From a virus, in the IMG/VR virus record IMGVR_UViG_3300045988_161245, positions 64,001 through 128,000 of that record: a DNA stretch of 64,000 nucleotides; one strand, given 5' to 3'. The notes under the pieces are model-generated. The model searched no databases, was not told where the DNA came from, and saw only the letters and a program-made list of their open reading frames with translations. Position 1 is the stretch's first letter. Each line of letters begins with the position of its first letter. The translations under genes and the position numbers were made by a program. Of this stretch, positions 9,111 through 18,111 are shown in pieces.

Positions 9111-9352
9111 AACTCTCCACTCACTCAAATCCAGTTTTAACACATCTATAGTCCACACCTATTCTAAATCAAAATTCTACCATAAAAATCGTCCAAACAC
9201 CTCTACCCTACCAATTTACCACTAACCACTATTTCATCAAAAATTACCATCAAAAACTCATCTAAAGTACCGTAATGAGGGGTATGTTTTAGTCTCAGCT
9301 GCACTCACTACCCAGATCACCATCCAGGTCTAATATATAGCTATAATTTTTT

Positions 9353-9445
9353 CGAATCTAACTCAAAGTTAACTCAAATCTAACTTGAATTTAATTCAAA
9401 GTTAATTCAAAGTTAACTCGAATCTAACTTAAAATTACATTAAAC
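9353..9445. repeat. about four tandem 22-bp iterons (RAATCTAACTYRAARTTAAYTC)
   Basis: Read directly: gaatctaactcaaagttaactc / aaatctaacttgaatttaattc / aaagttaattcaaagttaactc / gaatctaacttaaaattacatt. Confidence 0.8.
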
Positions 9446-9619
9446 TAATATACTTCTCATTTCGCATTAAATTTAATTCCTAAGAATAAAATAAAATTCC
9501 ATTTAGAAGTCTATATTGATCCATCTATCTCACTTTCACTATCACTATTTTTAGATTAAATACAAATCTAAACAAGAAAAAAATAATATAGTATATATCA
9601 GTTAAGGAGAATTTTAAAT

Positions 9620-9967
9620 ATGAATAATAACGAAATTCAGAGATACGTATCTATCTTACTTGGCAAAGAAAATGTTGAAACAATATCAGATCTACAACTT
9701 TTGTTTAATCGCTATGACGTACATATCTCCAGACGTTTTGACGCAGTAGAAAATGGCGAACCTATGCTTTACCGTAGAGAAGATCTTACACAATGGGCAA
9801 AAGAAGCATTTGAACGTGGTGAAAAATATTTTTACTGTAAACCAGTTGATGAGAAAAATCCTTATGGACCATTAGTTCTTTGTAAACCAGAATACAAATA
9901 TAGGTTACTTCGTGCACTAACTGAAGAAGAATACAATAACGTTTTTTCAGAATATAAAGAAAAATAA
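9620..9967 (+). CDS. hypothetical protein
   Basis: 115-aa ORF with an AAGGAGAA RBS. Confidence 0.65.
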   Translation: MNNNEIQRYVSILLGKENVETISDLQLLFNRYDVHISRRFDAVENGEPMLYRREDLTQWAKEAFERGEKYFYCKPVDEKNPYGPLVLCKPEYKYRLLRALTEEEYNNVFSEYKEK

Positions 9968-9998
9968 TTTAGAAGTAGATATTAAGGAGGAATTATTT

Positions 9999-10298
9999 AT
10001 GGCTCAACGACCATATACAGAGCTACAAAGATATTTGAGAAAACTTTATAATAAAGGAACTATTTTTCTTATGTGGGCAGATAGAAAAGAATTAATAGAA
10101 ACTATAAATGCTAAAAGTAATGGAAAACTTTTAAAGAGAGCATCTTCTATTAATAAAGTTTTAGAAGAACGAAAAATCAATTTTCGTATAAAACCAATAA
10201 CAAAACAAATTACTTTTGTAGATGAAAATGGAAATAAAATTAGAAGAAGATATAAAAGTGCATGGCGCATTATAAAAATTCCAAAGGAGGAAAAATAA
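9999..10298 (+). CDS. hypothetical basic protein
   Basis: 99-aa ORF with an AAGGAGGAA RBS. Confidence 0.65.
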   Translation: MAQRPYTELQRYLRKLYNKGTIFLMWADRKELIETINAKSNGKLLKRASSINKVLEERKINFRIKPITKQITFVDENGNKIRRRYKSAWRIIKIPKEEK

Positions 10299-10301
10299 TT
10301 T

Positions 10302-11552
10302 ATGATAACTGTAATTGATTCTATCATGGGATCTGGTAAAACCAGTTGGGCAATTCAACACGTTAATGAAGCTGATTACTGTAATGATCGTTTTCTTTAT
10401 ATAACTCCATTCTTAGATGAAGTAAAACGTATTATGGATAAAACGGATGTCGATTTCTTCCAACCACAAAACAGAGGAAAGGGCAAATTAAATAATATCA
10501 ATATGTTATTTCAGAAAGGTTCTAATATTGCTTCTACCCACGAACTATTTAAAAATTTTGATGAAAATACTCGATCTAACATAAGAGAAATTTCACAAAC
10601 ACTTAATTACACTCTTATTCTTGATGAGGTATTAAATGTAATTGAACCTTATACAGAATTAAAACAAGGTGATTTACGAATTCTTAAGCAAGGCGGTTGG
10701 ATTACAATTGACGAAGATGGCTTTGTTATATGGAATGAAAAAGAATATAAACTGGATAGCAAATATAACGACATTAAACAATTAGCAATCACAAAATCAC
10801 TGCTATGTATTAATGACACTATTCTTCTTTGGAGATATCCACCAGAAATTTTTTCTTATTTTAAAAATATTTATATTCTTACATATATGTTTGATGCAAG
10901 TATTTTAAAATATTATTTTGATGTATATCATATCGACTATACAGTAAAAAGTATTATACTTGAAAATGGATTTTATAAAATTGTAGATTATTATAAACCA
11001 GATACAACTAAATATCAGGATATCATTAATATTTACGAAGGTAAACTTAATGAAAATATTCCATGTAAACTTACATCATTTTCAAGTAGCTGGTTTGATA
11101 CTGCAAATAAAAATTATACAGATAAATTAAAAAATAACATTTACAATTATTTTACAAATATTATTAATTCTTCATCAAAAGATATTATGTGGACTTGTTT
11201 TAAGAAAGCAAAAAACAAACTAAAAGGTAAGGGATATACAAAACAGTTTGTTCCATGTAATTGTAGATCAACAAATGATTATAATGAAAAATCTACATTA
11301 GTTTATTGTTGCAATATCTTTTTTCATCCAGGAATAACTAACTTCTTTTCAAAACACAATTTAACATTAAATGCAAATAAATATGCTTTATCAGAAATGA
11401 TTCAATGGATTTGGAGAAGTAAAATAAGAAATGATGAAAAAATTAATATTTACATTCCTTCTGTCCGTATGAGAATGCTTCTCAAAGAATGGTTAAAATT
11501 AGATGATGAGAAAATTAATGAAAAAAAGTTTTTAGGAAGTCAAACTTCCTAA
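10302..11552 (+). CDS. P-loop NTPase with SF2-helicase-like motifs
   Basis: 416 aa. Walker A MGSGKTSW at the N-terminus, ITPF (motif Ia-like), and Walker B LILDEVLN. Confidence 0.55.
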   Translation: MITVIDSIMGSGKTSWAIQHVNEADYCNDRFLYITPFLDEVKRIMDKTDVDFFQPQNRGKGKLNNINMLFQKGSNIASTHELFKNFDENTRSNIREISQTLNYTLILDEVLNVIEPYTELKQGDLRILKQGGWITIDEDGFVIWNEKEYKLDSKYNDIKQLAITKSLLCINDTILLWRYPPEIFSYFKNIYILTYMFDASILKYYFDVYHIDYTVKSIILENGFYKIVDYYKPDTTKYQDIINIYEGKLNENIPCKLTSFSSSWFDTANKNYTDKLKNNIYNYFTNIINSSSKDIMWTCFKKAKNKLKGKGYTKQFVPCNCRSTNDYNEKSTLVYCCNIFFHPGITNFFSKHNLTLNANKYALSEMIQWIWRSKIRNDEKINIYIPSVRMRMLLKEWLKLDDEKINEKKFLGSQTS

Positions 11553-11689
11553 AATTGAAAAATTAGGGCTTTCGATGCCAATAAAATAAAGGGATCTCAA
11601 TTTTGATTCCTTAAAAGAAAAAATAAAAAAATTTATAAAAAGAGCTATATAAAAATAAAACCAATTTTATACAATCAAACCAATTTCGA

Positions 11690-11960
11690 ACGAACAATTT
11701 TGAAGCGTTAGCGAAAAATTGTGAAGTGACTCCAAATGAACGAAGCTTTAGCGTAGTGAATGCGGTGAAGCACTGTCGGAACGACAGGATAGTTAATTTA
11801 AAATATTTGATTATAAATATTTATTATAAATTTGGATTATACTTTACTGGTGTTCCACCAGGTACTGCCGCACTCACTTCGCTTACGCTACGTTCATTTG
11901 TCATCACTACGCTATATGTTTCGCTGCGCTTCACATCTAGCTTCGTTCTATTTGATTTTA
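11690..11960. repeat. long imperfect inverted repeat (arms about 100 bp) around an AT-rich spacer
   Basis: The left arm (tgaagcgttagcgaaa...caaatgaacgaagctttagcgtagtgaatgcggtgaagc) is mirrored by the right arm (cacttcgcttacgctacgttcatttg...tttcgctgcgcttcaca). G+C-rich island in AT-rich DNA. Confidence 0.75.
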
Positions 11961-12227
11961 TTATTTATTATCTATTTTTATTGTCAATATCATTATCTAT
12001 TCAGATAAATAAATTCCAACATAACTCACAACTAAATAGAGAAGAAATTAATAGTCAGGTGTGAAATAACACATTTGCACTTTTTGTGAATAAAAGATTT
12101 TTCTATTAAGAAGAATTTTATATAACCTACTACCCTTCAGCCCTTCACATTTAGTAGGTTATGCAACTTATCAACCTCGCACAGAAAGGATTAATACCAA
12201 TTATGTTAAAAGGAGTAAACACTAAAT

Positions 12228-12527
12228 ATGAATACAGAAGTAAACACAGACAACGTTGCACTTACACAGAGATTATCATCTAAGACTACTAAAAATTATT
12301 ATACAGGCGGTACATTTCCTGCTATACCATCTCGTGAAGAATTTCATCGCTATGCATCAAATGTATTAAATTTATATGCTTTTGAGACTGATTATCCCCC
12401 ATTTCCTAGTTGTAATATTAATGCTGCAGCTTCTTCTATTGGATGGACAAAAAGTAATAATAAAAATAAGGGAAATAAATACAAATTTAAATCAACTAAA
12501 AATTCTACTAAGAAAGATCATCAATAA
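12228..12527 (+). CDS. hypothetical protein
   Basis: 99-aa ORF with an AAAGGAG RBS. Confidence 0.6.
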   Translation: MNTEVNTDNVALTQRLSSKTTKNYYTGGTFPAIPSREEFHRYASNVLNLYAFETDYPPFPSCNINAAASSIGWTKSNNKNKGNKYKFKSTKNSTKKDHQ

Positions 12528-12533
12528 TGTAAG

Positions 12534-15317
12534 GTGGTGATTATCATTAGTGAATTTGGAATTAAAATTAAAAATATCAGTGCTGGTACATTATATGATG
12601 TTAATTTAGGCACAAGAGATTATTTCTCATACACTGAAGCAATGCTTAATAATAGTTTATTTTCTGCTTTTCTTATAAAGAATGGTCTTAATGTATATAA
12701 AGGTGAATCTACTAGAGATATTATTTGCTTAGACTTTGACTTTGGTACAAGATCTTATGAGGATGAGCATAAACGAATTGAGCAGTTGTATAAAAATTCT
12801 GATGGCGAATTAAAGGAACGTCTTAAATACACTTTGGAGAAAGTTGAGAATAACAAGGATCTCTATGATGAGAAAAAGCGTGAGCAGATCAGAGATAAAT
12901 TCTACAACGAAGGTGTAGATGTTACTTATAAAACTAAGAATAAAGATGGCACTATTAAAAGTGAAGAAACAATTCACTATGAGATGTTGTTTCGAACCAG
13001 TGCTAAAGCAAAGCTTGGACAGGTTATCTTTATAAACTCTGAACTTTATGAAGTGGCTTACGAATGGTTAACTATCGGACTTGGAAAACTAATGACAGAT
13101 GACAATGCAAAAATTGTTGAGATGTCTGCCTATGCTCCACTTACTACATCTACCATCGTTGGAACTAAGTATATTCCTGTAGAGGATATTCTCATTCTTA
13201 GGGACCAAGATTCATTTTTTAAGACAATGGCTAACATTGTTCGTGCAGAAGATTACGTGGACTCTAAGGGTCGAATTTGTAAGAAATGTGTCGTAGACAA
13301 GAAGGTTACCGAAGTCAAGAATACACTTTGGGATGGCATGGGACTGATTGAAGCTGATTATTTTAAAGACTGCAGAAATGCTTATAATCCGGATTGGACT
13401 GTTAAGATTAATGGCATGGCTTTAATGAGACATCATTTATTTAAGATGTGTGGTTTTAAATCTCATATACAGTTATTTTTTAAGGATTGGTGTGAGAAAA
13501 CCGGTAATGATTATGAAACTTACCAGGTCCAAGACATGTTTGGTCATTGGCATTATTTGAAAGACATTAAGATTATCACTACTGACAACGCCATCAAATG
13601 GAAAAAATTTAAGGATTTAATGGGCGGCTCATTAGAATCTGCATATGAGTATTGGTGCAATAAGGTAAATGAAGATGGCAGCGTGTTCGGTATTGTAAAA
13701 ACCGATCATCCTAGTAAACTTGGTGAATATCAACAGCTCAGTTATCAGATGGTTAATACTCTCCCATGTACCAAAGATGATGTAAGGGATATTGCAAGCA
13801 CCAGTATTGAATATGTGGAGTTACTGAAGCAGGATAATAATGAGTTTGAGAAATTCTTAAGAAAAAATGCTAATGAGGTAAACCACTATGAGATGATGGC
13901 TGATTTATATGATCACAACCATGAATTTGGCAATAGTACATTTTTCAGACATGAGAAGTCAAAAATTATTTCCGCATATGTACATAAGCTTAGAAAAGGC
14001 AAGATTGTTGTGAACGGAGATAATTTAACTGTTTGTGGTAATCCATACGCTCTTCTACTCTATTCTGTTGGTGAGGATTTTACAAAAGATCCTACCCTTC
14101 AACCAGAATCTGGAACTATTCAATGTTATACAACAAGATTTAAACATGATGAATTTCTATGTGCATTTCGCAATCCGCATAATTCCCCAAATAATATTTG
14201 TTATTTTCACAATGTTTACAGTGATGAAATGGAAAAATACTTTGAATTTTCTTCAAATATTGCTGCAGTGAACTGTATTTGTACTGATGTACAACCACGT
14301 TTAAATGGTTGCGATTTTGACAGTGACTTCGTTTTAGCCACAAATCAGCCTACTATGGTAAGATGTGCAGCTTATTGCTATAAACACTACCCTACTATTG
14401 TTAATGATTTAAAAGAAAGTGGCGTGGTTTATAAAAGTAACAAATCAGAATATGCACGTATGGATAATACATTTTCTAAATCAAGAATCGGAATTGGATA
14501 TTCTAGTAATTTGGCACAGCTTGCCATGACTTATTACTGGAGTGAATTACAGGGTGATAGTCCAGATCCAAAAAGACTTGATGAGCTATCAGATAATTTC
14601 GTAATTCTAAGCGTTCTTGCTCAAGTAATAATCGATAGCTGTAAAAGACTCTATGAAATTGATGGAATTAAAGAGATTGATCGTATTAGCAAACTTCCAT
14701 GTATGACAATGAAAAAAGAAGTAATTGACAAAAATGGAAATAAAAGAATGAAAAAGTGTGACTTCCCTGAATTTATGAAATACACAAGAGAAATTGCTGT
14801 TACTAAGGATGGTAAAGAGCTTCCACAAGAAGATATTGAGGAATCCAAGAACAAATTAAAAGGACGAATCAATAAAGATCTTATATGCCCAATGAACTGG
14901 TTGCAGGAATGGTTGGATAAAATCCAGGGAGCAAGCACTAAGGTTACTACTCCTACTGAGAATTTCTTTATTAAGATGACAGGTGAAGGAAATTATAATC
15001 AAATGACCAAAATTATGACTACCATAGAAGAATATGATTCATATATAAAAAATATGCAATTATTATGTAGTGATAACGAAACATACTATGATTTAATTGC
15101 ACAAAAAGCGGCAGACATGGTGAAGGAAATTTCAAAAATGAAAATTAGAAATGTTGTCACTATTAATCGTCTTATTGAAATCAGTTTAGGAATAAGTACA
15201 GAAAAAGGTAGATCGAGTTATAGAAAAAGTAATCCACAAAAATATGCTAGAAAAACACTTAATCTTTTGTATAAATATAGCAAAGAAAAATTTTTAAATA
15301 ACTTTGTTTGCGAATAA
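12534..15317 (+). CDS. YonO / RdRP-like two-barrel (DPBB) single-subunit RNA polymerase candidate
   Basis: 927 aa. FRNPHNSPNN...(about 45 aa)...NGCDFDSDFVLATN mirrors the beta-prime pattern NRAPTLH...NADFDGDQM. WDGMGLIEAD resembles the RdRP (S/T)DG.G.IS motif. The start codon is ambiguous (GTG within the RBS, or ATT/ATC). Confidence 0.5.
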   Translation: MVIIISEFGIKIKNISAGTLYDVNLGTRDYFSYTEAMLNNSLFSAFLIKNGLNVYKGESTRDIICLDFDFGTRSYEDEHKRIEQLYKNSDGELKERLKYTLEKVENNKDLYDEKKREQIRDKFYNEGVDVTYKTKNKDGTIKSEETIHYEMLFRTSAKAKLGQVIFINSELYEVAYEWLTIGLGKLMTDDNAKIVEMSAYAPLTTSTIVGTKYIPVEDILILRDQDSFFKTMANIVRAEDYVDSKGRICKKCVVDKKVTEVKNTLWDGMGLIEADYFKDCRNAYNPDWTVKINGMALMRHHLFKMCGFKSHIQLFFKDWCEKTGNDYETYQVQDMFGHWHYLKDIKIITTDNAIKWKKFKDLMGGSLESAYEYWCNKVNEDGSVFGIVKTDHPSKLGEYQQLSYQMVNTLPCTKDDVRDIASTSIEYVELLKQDNNEFEKFLRKNANEVNHYEMMADLYDHNHEFGNSTFFRHEKSKIISAYVHKLRKGKIVVNGDNLTVCGNPYALLLYSVGEDFTKDPTLQPESGTIQCYTTRFKHDEFLCAFRNPHNSPNNICYFHNVYSDEMEKYFEFSSNIAAVNCICTDVQPRLNGCDFDSDFVLATNQPTMVRCAAYCYKHYPTIVNDLKESGVVYKSNKSEYARMDNTFSKSRIGIGYSSNLAQLAMTYYWSELQGDSPDPKRLDELSDNFVILSVLAQVIIDSCKRLYEIDGIKEIDRISKLPCMTMKKEVIDKNGNKRMKKCDFPEFMKYTREIAVTKDGKELPQEDIEESKNKLKGRINKDLICPMNWLQEWLDKIQGASTKVTTPTENFFIKMTGEGNYNQMTKIMTTIEEYDSYIKNMQLLCSDNETYYDLIAQKAADMVKEISKMKIRNVVTINRLIEISLGISTEKGRSSYRKSNPQKYARKTLNLLYKYSKEKFLNNFVCE

Positions 15318-15596
15318 AATTACGGTTAAACAAAAATTGACCCTTAATAAAGTCAATAAAAATAAGGGTTTTACAAGGATGCAACAATTACCACGTATAG
15401 GGAGAATAACGTGAAAGCACAGAGTTGTGTTAGTAGGCCCTCGCGCTATTGCCGAGTGCGCGTTATAAATATGGGTTCGCGAATTAAAATGTACAAACAG
15501 CTCACAGGGGTGAGGTGAGTGTATGGGTGACCATTCACAAATTGTGACTGCAGCTGGGCTAGGTTACGTAACTGGTCCAGTTGTGGTTTAAATTGA

Positions 15597-15670
15597 CGCA
15601 GGATAGAGAAGTTTGGTATCTCGTCAGATTCATGCTCTGAAGATCGACAGTTCAAATCTGTCTCCTGCAA
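15597..15670 (+). tRNA. tRNA-Met (CAT) with initiator-type identity features
   Basis: Hand-folded cloverleaf. C1xA72 mismatch, A11:U24 pair, discriminator A73 and T-loop UUCAAAU. Close architectural match to E. coli tRNA-fMet, but it lacks the three G:C pairs of the anticodon stem. Confidence 0.85.
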
Positions 15671-15707
15671 TTATTATCCTCTATTACGAGGAAATTTAGA
15701 ACGAAAG

Positions 15708-15893
15708 GTGTGTATTGTTATTAAAACAATTACAAAAGAGGGTATTCAGTCCCTTATTGATAAGAAAATCTTAAAGCCATACTCAGGTGGGTACATGAAT
15801 TCCAGAGGGTACCATGTGGGGTATTATAAAACCTGTGGAAACAAGAGGTATATTGAGGATTACTATGCAGATAGAGTGGAGAAATTAAAATAA
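15708..15893 (+). CDS. hypothetical small protein
   Basis: 61-aa ORF. GAAAGGTG RBS overlaps the GTG start. Confidence 0.45.
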   Translation: MCIVIKTITKEGIQSLIDKKILKPYSGGYMNSRGYHVGYYKTCGNKRYIEDYYADRVEKLK

Positions 15894-16128
15894 GAAAAAT
15901 ACAACTGAATATATCGCATAAGGCGAAATACTTAAAGAAAGGTGGTTATTTACCATCGAAACAAAAGTAAAATTTTATGATACAAATGCTGTTTTAGCAT
16001 TACAAAAAAATGTATTAGACAGTTATTTTTACATTAGCTCTACTACCCTTCAAGAATTAGAGCATATTAAAGTATCAAGAAATAAAGACGAAGAAACAAA
16101 ATATAAATCACGTAAAATATTACATATT

Positions 16129-17172
16129 TTGGATGAAAATACTGACAAGTATAAAGTTGTTATAACAGACAATTCTATCCTATCTATTATTGAATCAAAA
16201 GGTCTTGAAAATTCCCCAGATAATCAGATTTGTGCATGTGCTTCTACAATTGAAAATGTTATTTTTGTTACAAACGATCTTGCATGTAAAACAATTGCTA
16301 AATGGATTTTTGGTTTAGATGTTGAAAGTGCGATTGAAAATAATTTTGATTATTATAAAGGATACCAGGAAATAAGTCTGTCAGAAGAAAAGATGGCTTA
16401 TTTTTATGAACATCTTAATGAAAATACATTAAATCTTTTGATAAATGAATATGTACTGCTTAAGGATGAGAACGGAAATGAAGTAGATACATTAAAATGG
16501 GATGGTGAAGCTTACCAGTCAATTAGATGTAAACCATTTAAATCTAATATGTTTGGGACATTAAAACCATTAGATAATATTCAGGCATTTGCAATGGATT
16601 CAATTAACACTAATGATATTACAGTATTATACGGTAAGGCTGGTTCAGGTAAAACTACTCTTCCGCTTAATTATATTATGCAAGAAATTGAAAAGGGTAG
16701 ATTTAAAAAATGTTACATTATCTATTCTTATGAGCCATTAAAAAATGCAAAGACGCTTGGATTTGAAAAAGGTGATCATCTTACAAAACTTCTTTATTAT
16801 GGTTCTATTGGAAATATTCTTGCATCAAAATTTGGTGATATGCAGCAAGTAGAATATATGGTTGAACGTGGAATGTTAGATATTATTCCAACTGCAAATA
16901 TACGAGGTATAGAGCTTGAGTCGGATAGTATTTGCCTCGTAACAGAATCTCAGAACTTGGATGTTTATACTTTAAAAACAATAATTCAACGTTGTAAATC
17001 TGGATGTAAACAGATTTATGAGGGAGATATTATTGAACAGAAAGATACTAATATTCAAAATATCGGAATGAATAGACTTATTGACGTGTTTAAAGGTAAC
17101 GAAAGTTTTGGATGTGTCAAATTGAAAAATAACTATAGATCAAAGCTTAGTGAGCTTGCGGATCTTATGTGA
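16129..17172 (+). CDS. phoH: PIN-domain / PhoH-like ATPase (YlaK-type); the true N-terminus probably lies upstream, near 15955
   Basis: Walker A GKAGSGKTT with a PhoH-like C-terminal half. The in-frame upstream extension (open from 15937) encodes the first PIN motif (KFYDTNAVL...LQELEHIK) but has no ATG/GTG/TTG. Confidence 0.7.
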   Translation: MDENTDKYKVVITDNSILSIIESKGLENSPDNQICACASTIENVIFVTNDLACKTIAKWIFGLDVESAIENNFDYYKGYQEISLSEEKMAYFYEHLNENTLNLLINEYVLLKDENGNEVDTLKWDGEAYQSIRCKPFKSNMFGTLKPLDNIQAFAMDSINTNDITVLYGKAGSGKTTLPLNYIMQEIEKGRFKKCYIIYSYEPLKNAKTLGFEKGDHLTKLLYYGSIGNILASKFGDMQQVEYMVERGMLDIIPTANIRGIELESDSICLVTESQNLDVYTLKTIIQRCKSGCKQIYEGDIIEQKDTNIQNIGMNRLIDVFKGNESFGCVKLKNNYRSKLSELADLM

Positions 17173-17212
17173 CTATAAAAATAAAAGATTAAAAGGAAAG
17201 CAGGTAAAACGT

Positions 17213-17833
17213 ATGGATATTTTACCATTATCCCTTGTTGGGACAACAAAAGAAAGTGACGTTCCTACTCCAGAAGAATATACCTACTGGGAGGATCGAA
17301 AAAATAGAACATTCTATATTGATTTTGAAATTGAAGAAGATTATGCATTAATTGAACTTGCAAAAATCATTATTCAGTTAAATATTGCCGAAAAAGATAT
17401 ACCAACTTCCGAACTGCAGCCGATCCGCTTATTAATACACTCTTTCGGTGGAGATCTTGAACAGGCAAACTTCTTTGCAGATTTATGTATTGCTTCGCGC
17501 ATTCCAATTATTACAGTTGCTATGGGAGTAGCTATGTCAGCAGGATTTATTATTTTCCTATCCGGACATAAGAGATATGCATTTAAACATACTCAAATGA
17601 TGGTTCATTCTGGAAATGCATCATTTTCCGGTACTGCGGAACAAATTGATTCTGCACAGAAAAATTATAAGAAACAGATTGAGGATATGAAGTCTTATGT
17701 TCTTGAGCGTACATCTATTGATGAGAAAACTTTCAATAAAAATAGATCTAAAGACTGGTATCTCACTGAGGAAGAGTTAAAAAAATATAATGTTGTTGAT
17801 GAGATTATTTCTGATATTTCAGTTATATTTTAA
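17213..17833 (+). CDS. clpP: ClpP-family serine protease
   Basis: LLIHSFGGDLEQANFFADL...VAMGVAMSAGFIIFLSG...MMVHSG matches the S14 ClpP core, including the Ser (MSAG) and His (VHSG) motifs. Confidence 0.7.
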   Translation: MDILPLSLVGTTKESDVPTPEEYTYWEDRKNRTFYIDFEIEEDYALIELAKIIIQLNIAEKDIPTSELQPIRLLIHSFGGDLEQANFFADLCIASRIPIITVAMGVAMSAGFIIFLSGHKRYAFKHTQMMVHSGNASFSGTAEQIDSAQKNYKKQIEDMKSYVLERTSIDEKTFNKNRSKDWYLTEEELKKYNVVDEIISDISVIF

Positions 17834-17864
17834 AAAAATTTTATGATTAAAAGGAGAAAATAAA

Positions 17865-18101
17865 ATGAGGTCTTGTTTAAGCTTCAAACGTAATACAACT
17901 GATAAATTATCTATTAAAGGAACACTTTCTGATGATTGTTCCACAATTACATATGCAGATGAAAATGGTGATGAAAAAGAAATATTTGTTGTAGATCTTC
18001 TTAATGCAATGAAAAATCAGCATATTGAGATGACTGCTCAGATTAAAACTGAGGAAGAGTTAGATGTAATTCCTGCAGAGGATGCAGATAACGCAGAGTA
18101 G
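17865..18101 (+). CDS. hypothetical acidic protein
   Basis: 78-aa ORF with an AAGGAGAA RBS. Confidence 0.55.
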   Translation: MRSCLSFKRNTTDKLSIKGTLSDDCSTITYADENGDEKEIFVVDLLNAMKNQHIEMTAQIKTEEELDVIPAEDADNAE

Positions 18102-18111
18102 GTGATCGCAT

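Larger units (their letters stand above)
8560..9600 (+). other. about 1 kb ORF-free, strongly G-depleted (C/A/T-rich) tract with internal direct repeats
   Basis: By eye, G occurs only about once per 20-25 nt on the + strand. Contains three tandem aaaaatcacac units at 8743-8779 and the 17-mer caataaatccctact at about 8640 and about 8946. Confidence 0.8.

Noticed and set aside
11726-12064. 112-aa ORF
   Set aside because: It simply reads across both arms of the large inverted repeat. It has no RBS and gives a low-complexity hydrophobic translation.
15446-15670. 74-aa minus-strand ORF
   Set aside because: It is antisense to the tRNA-Met and the structured upstream segment, and has no RBS.
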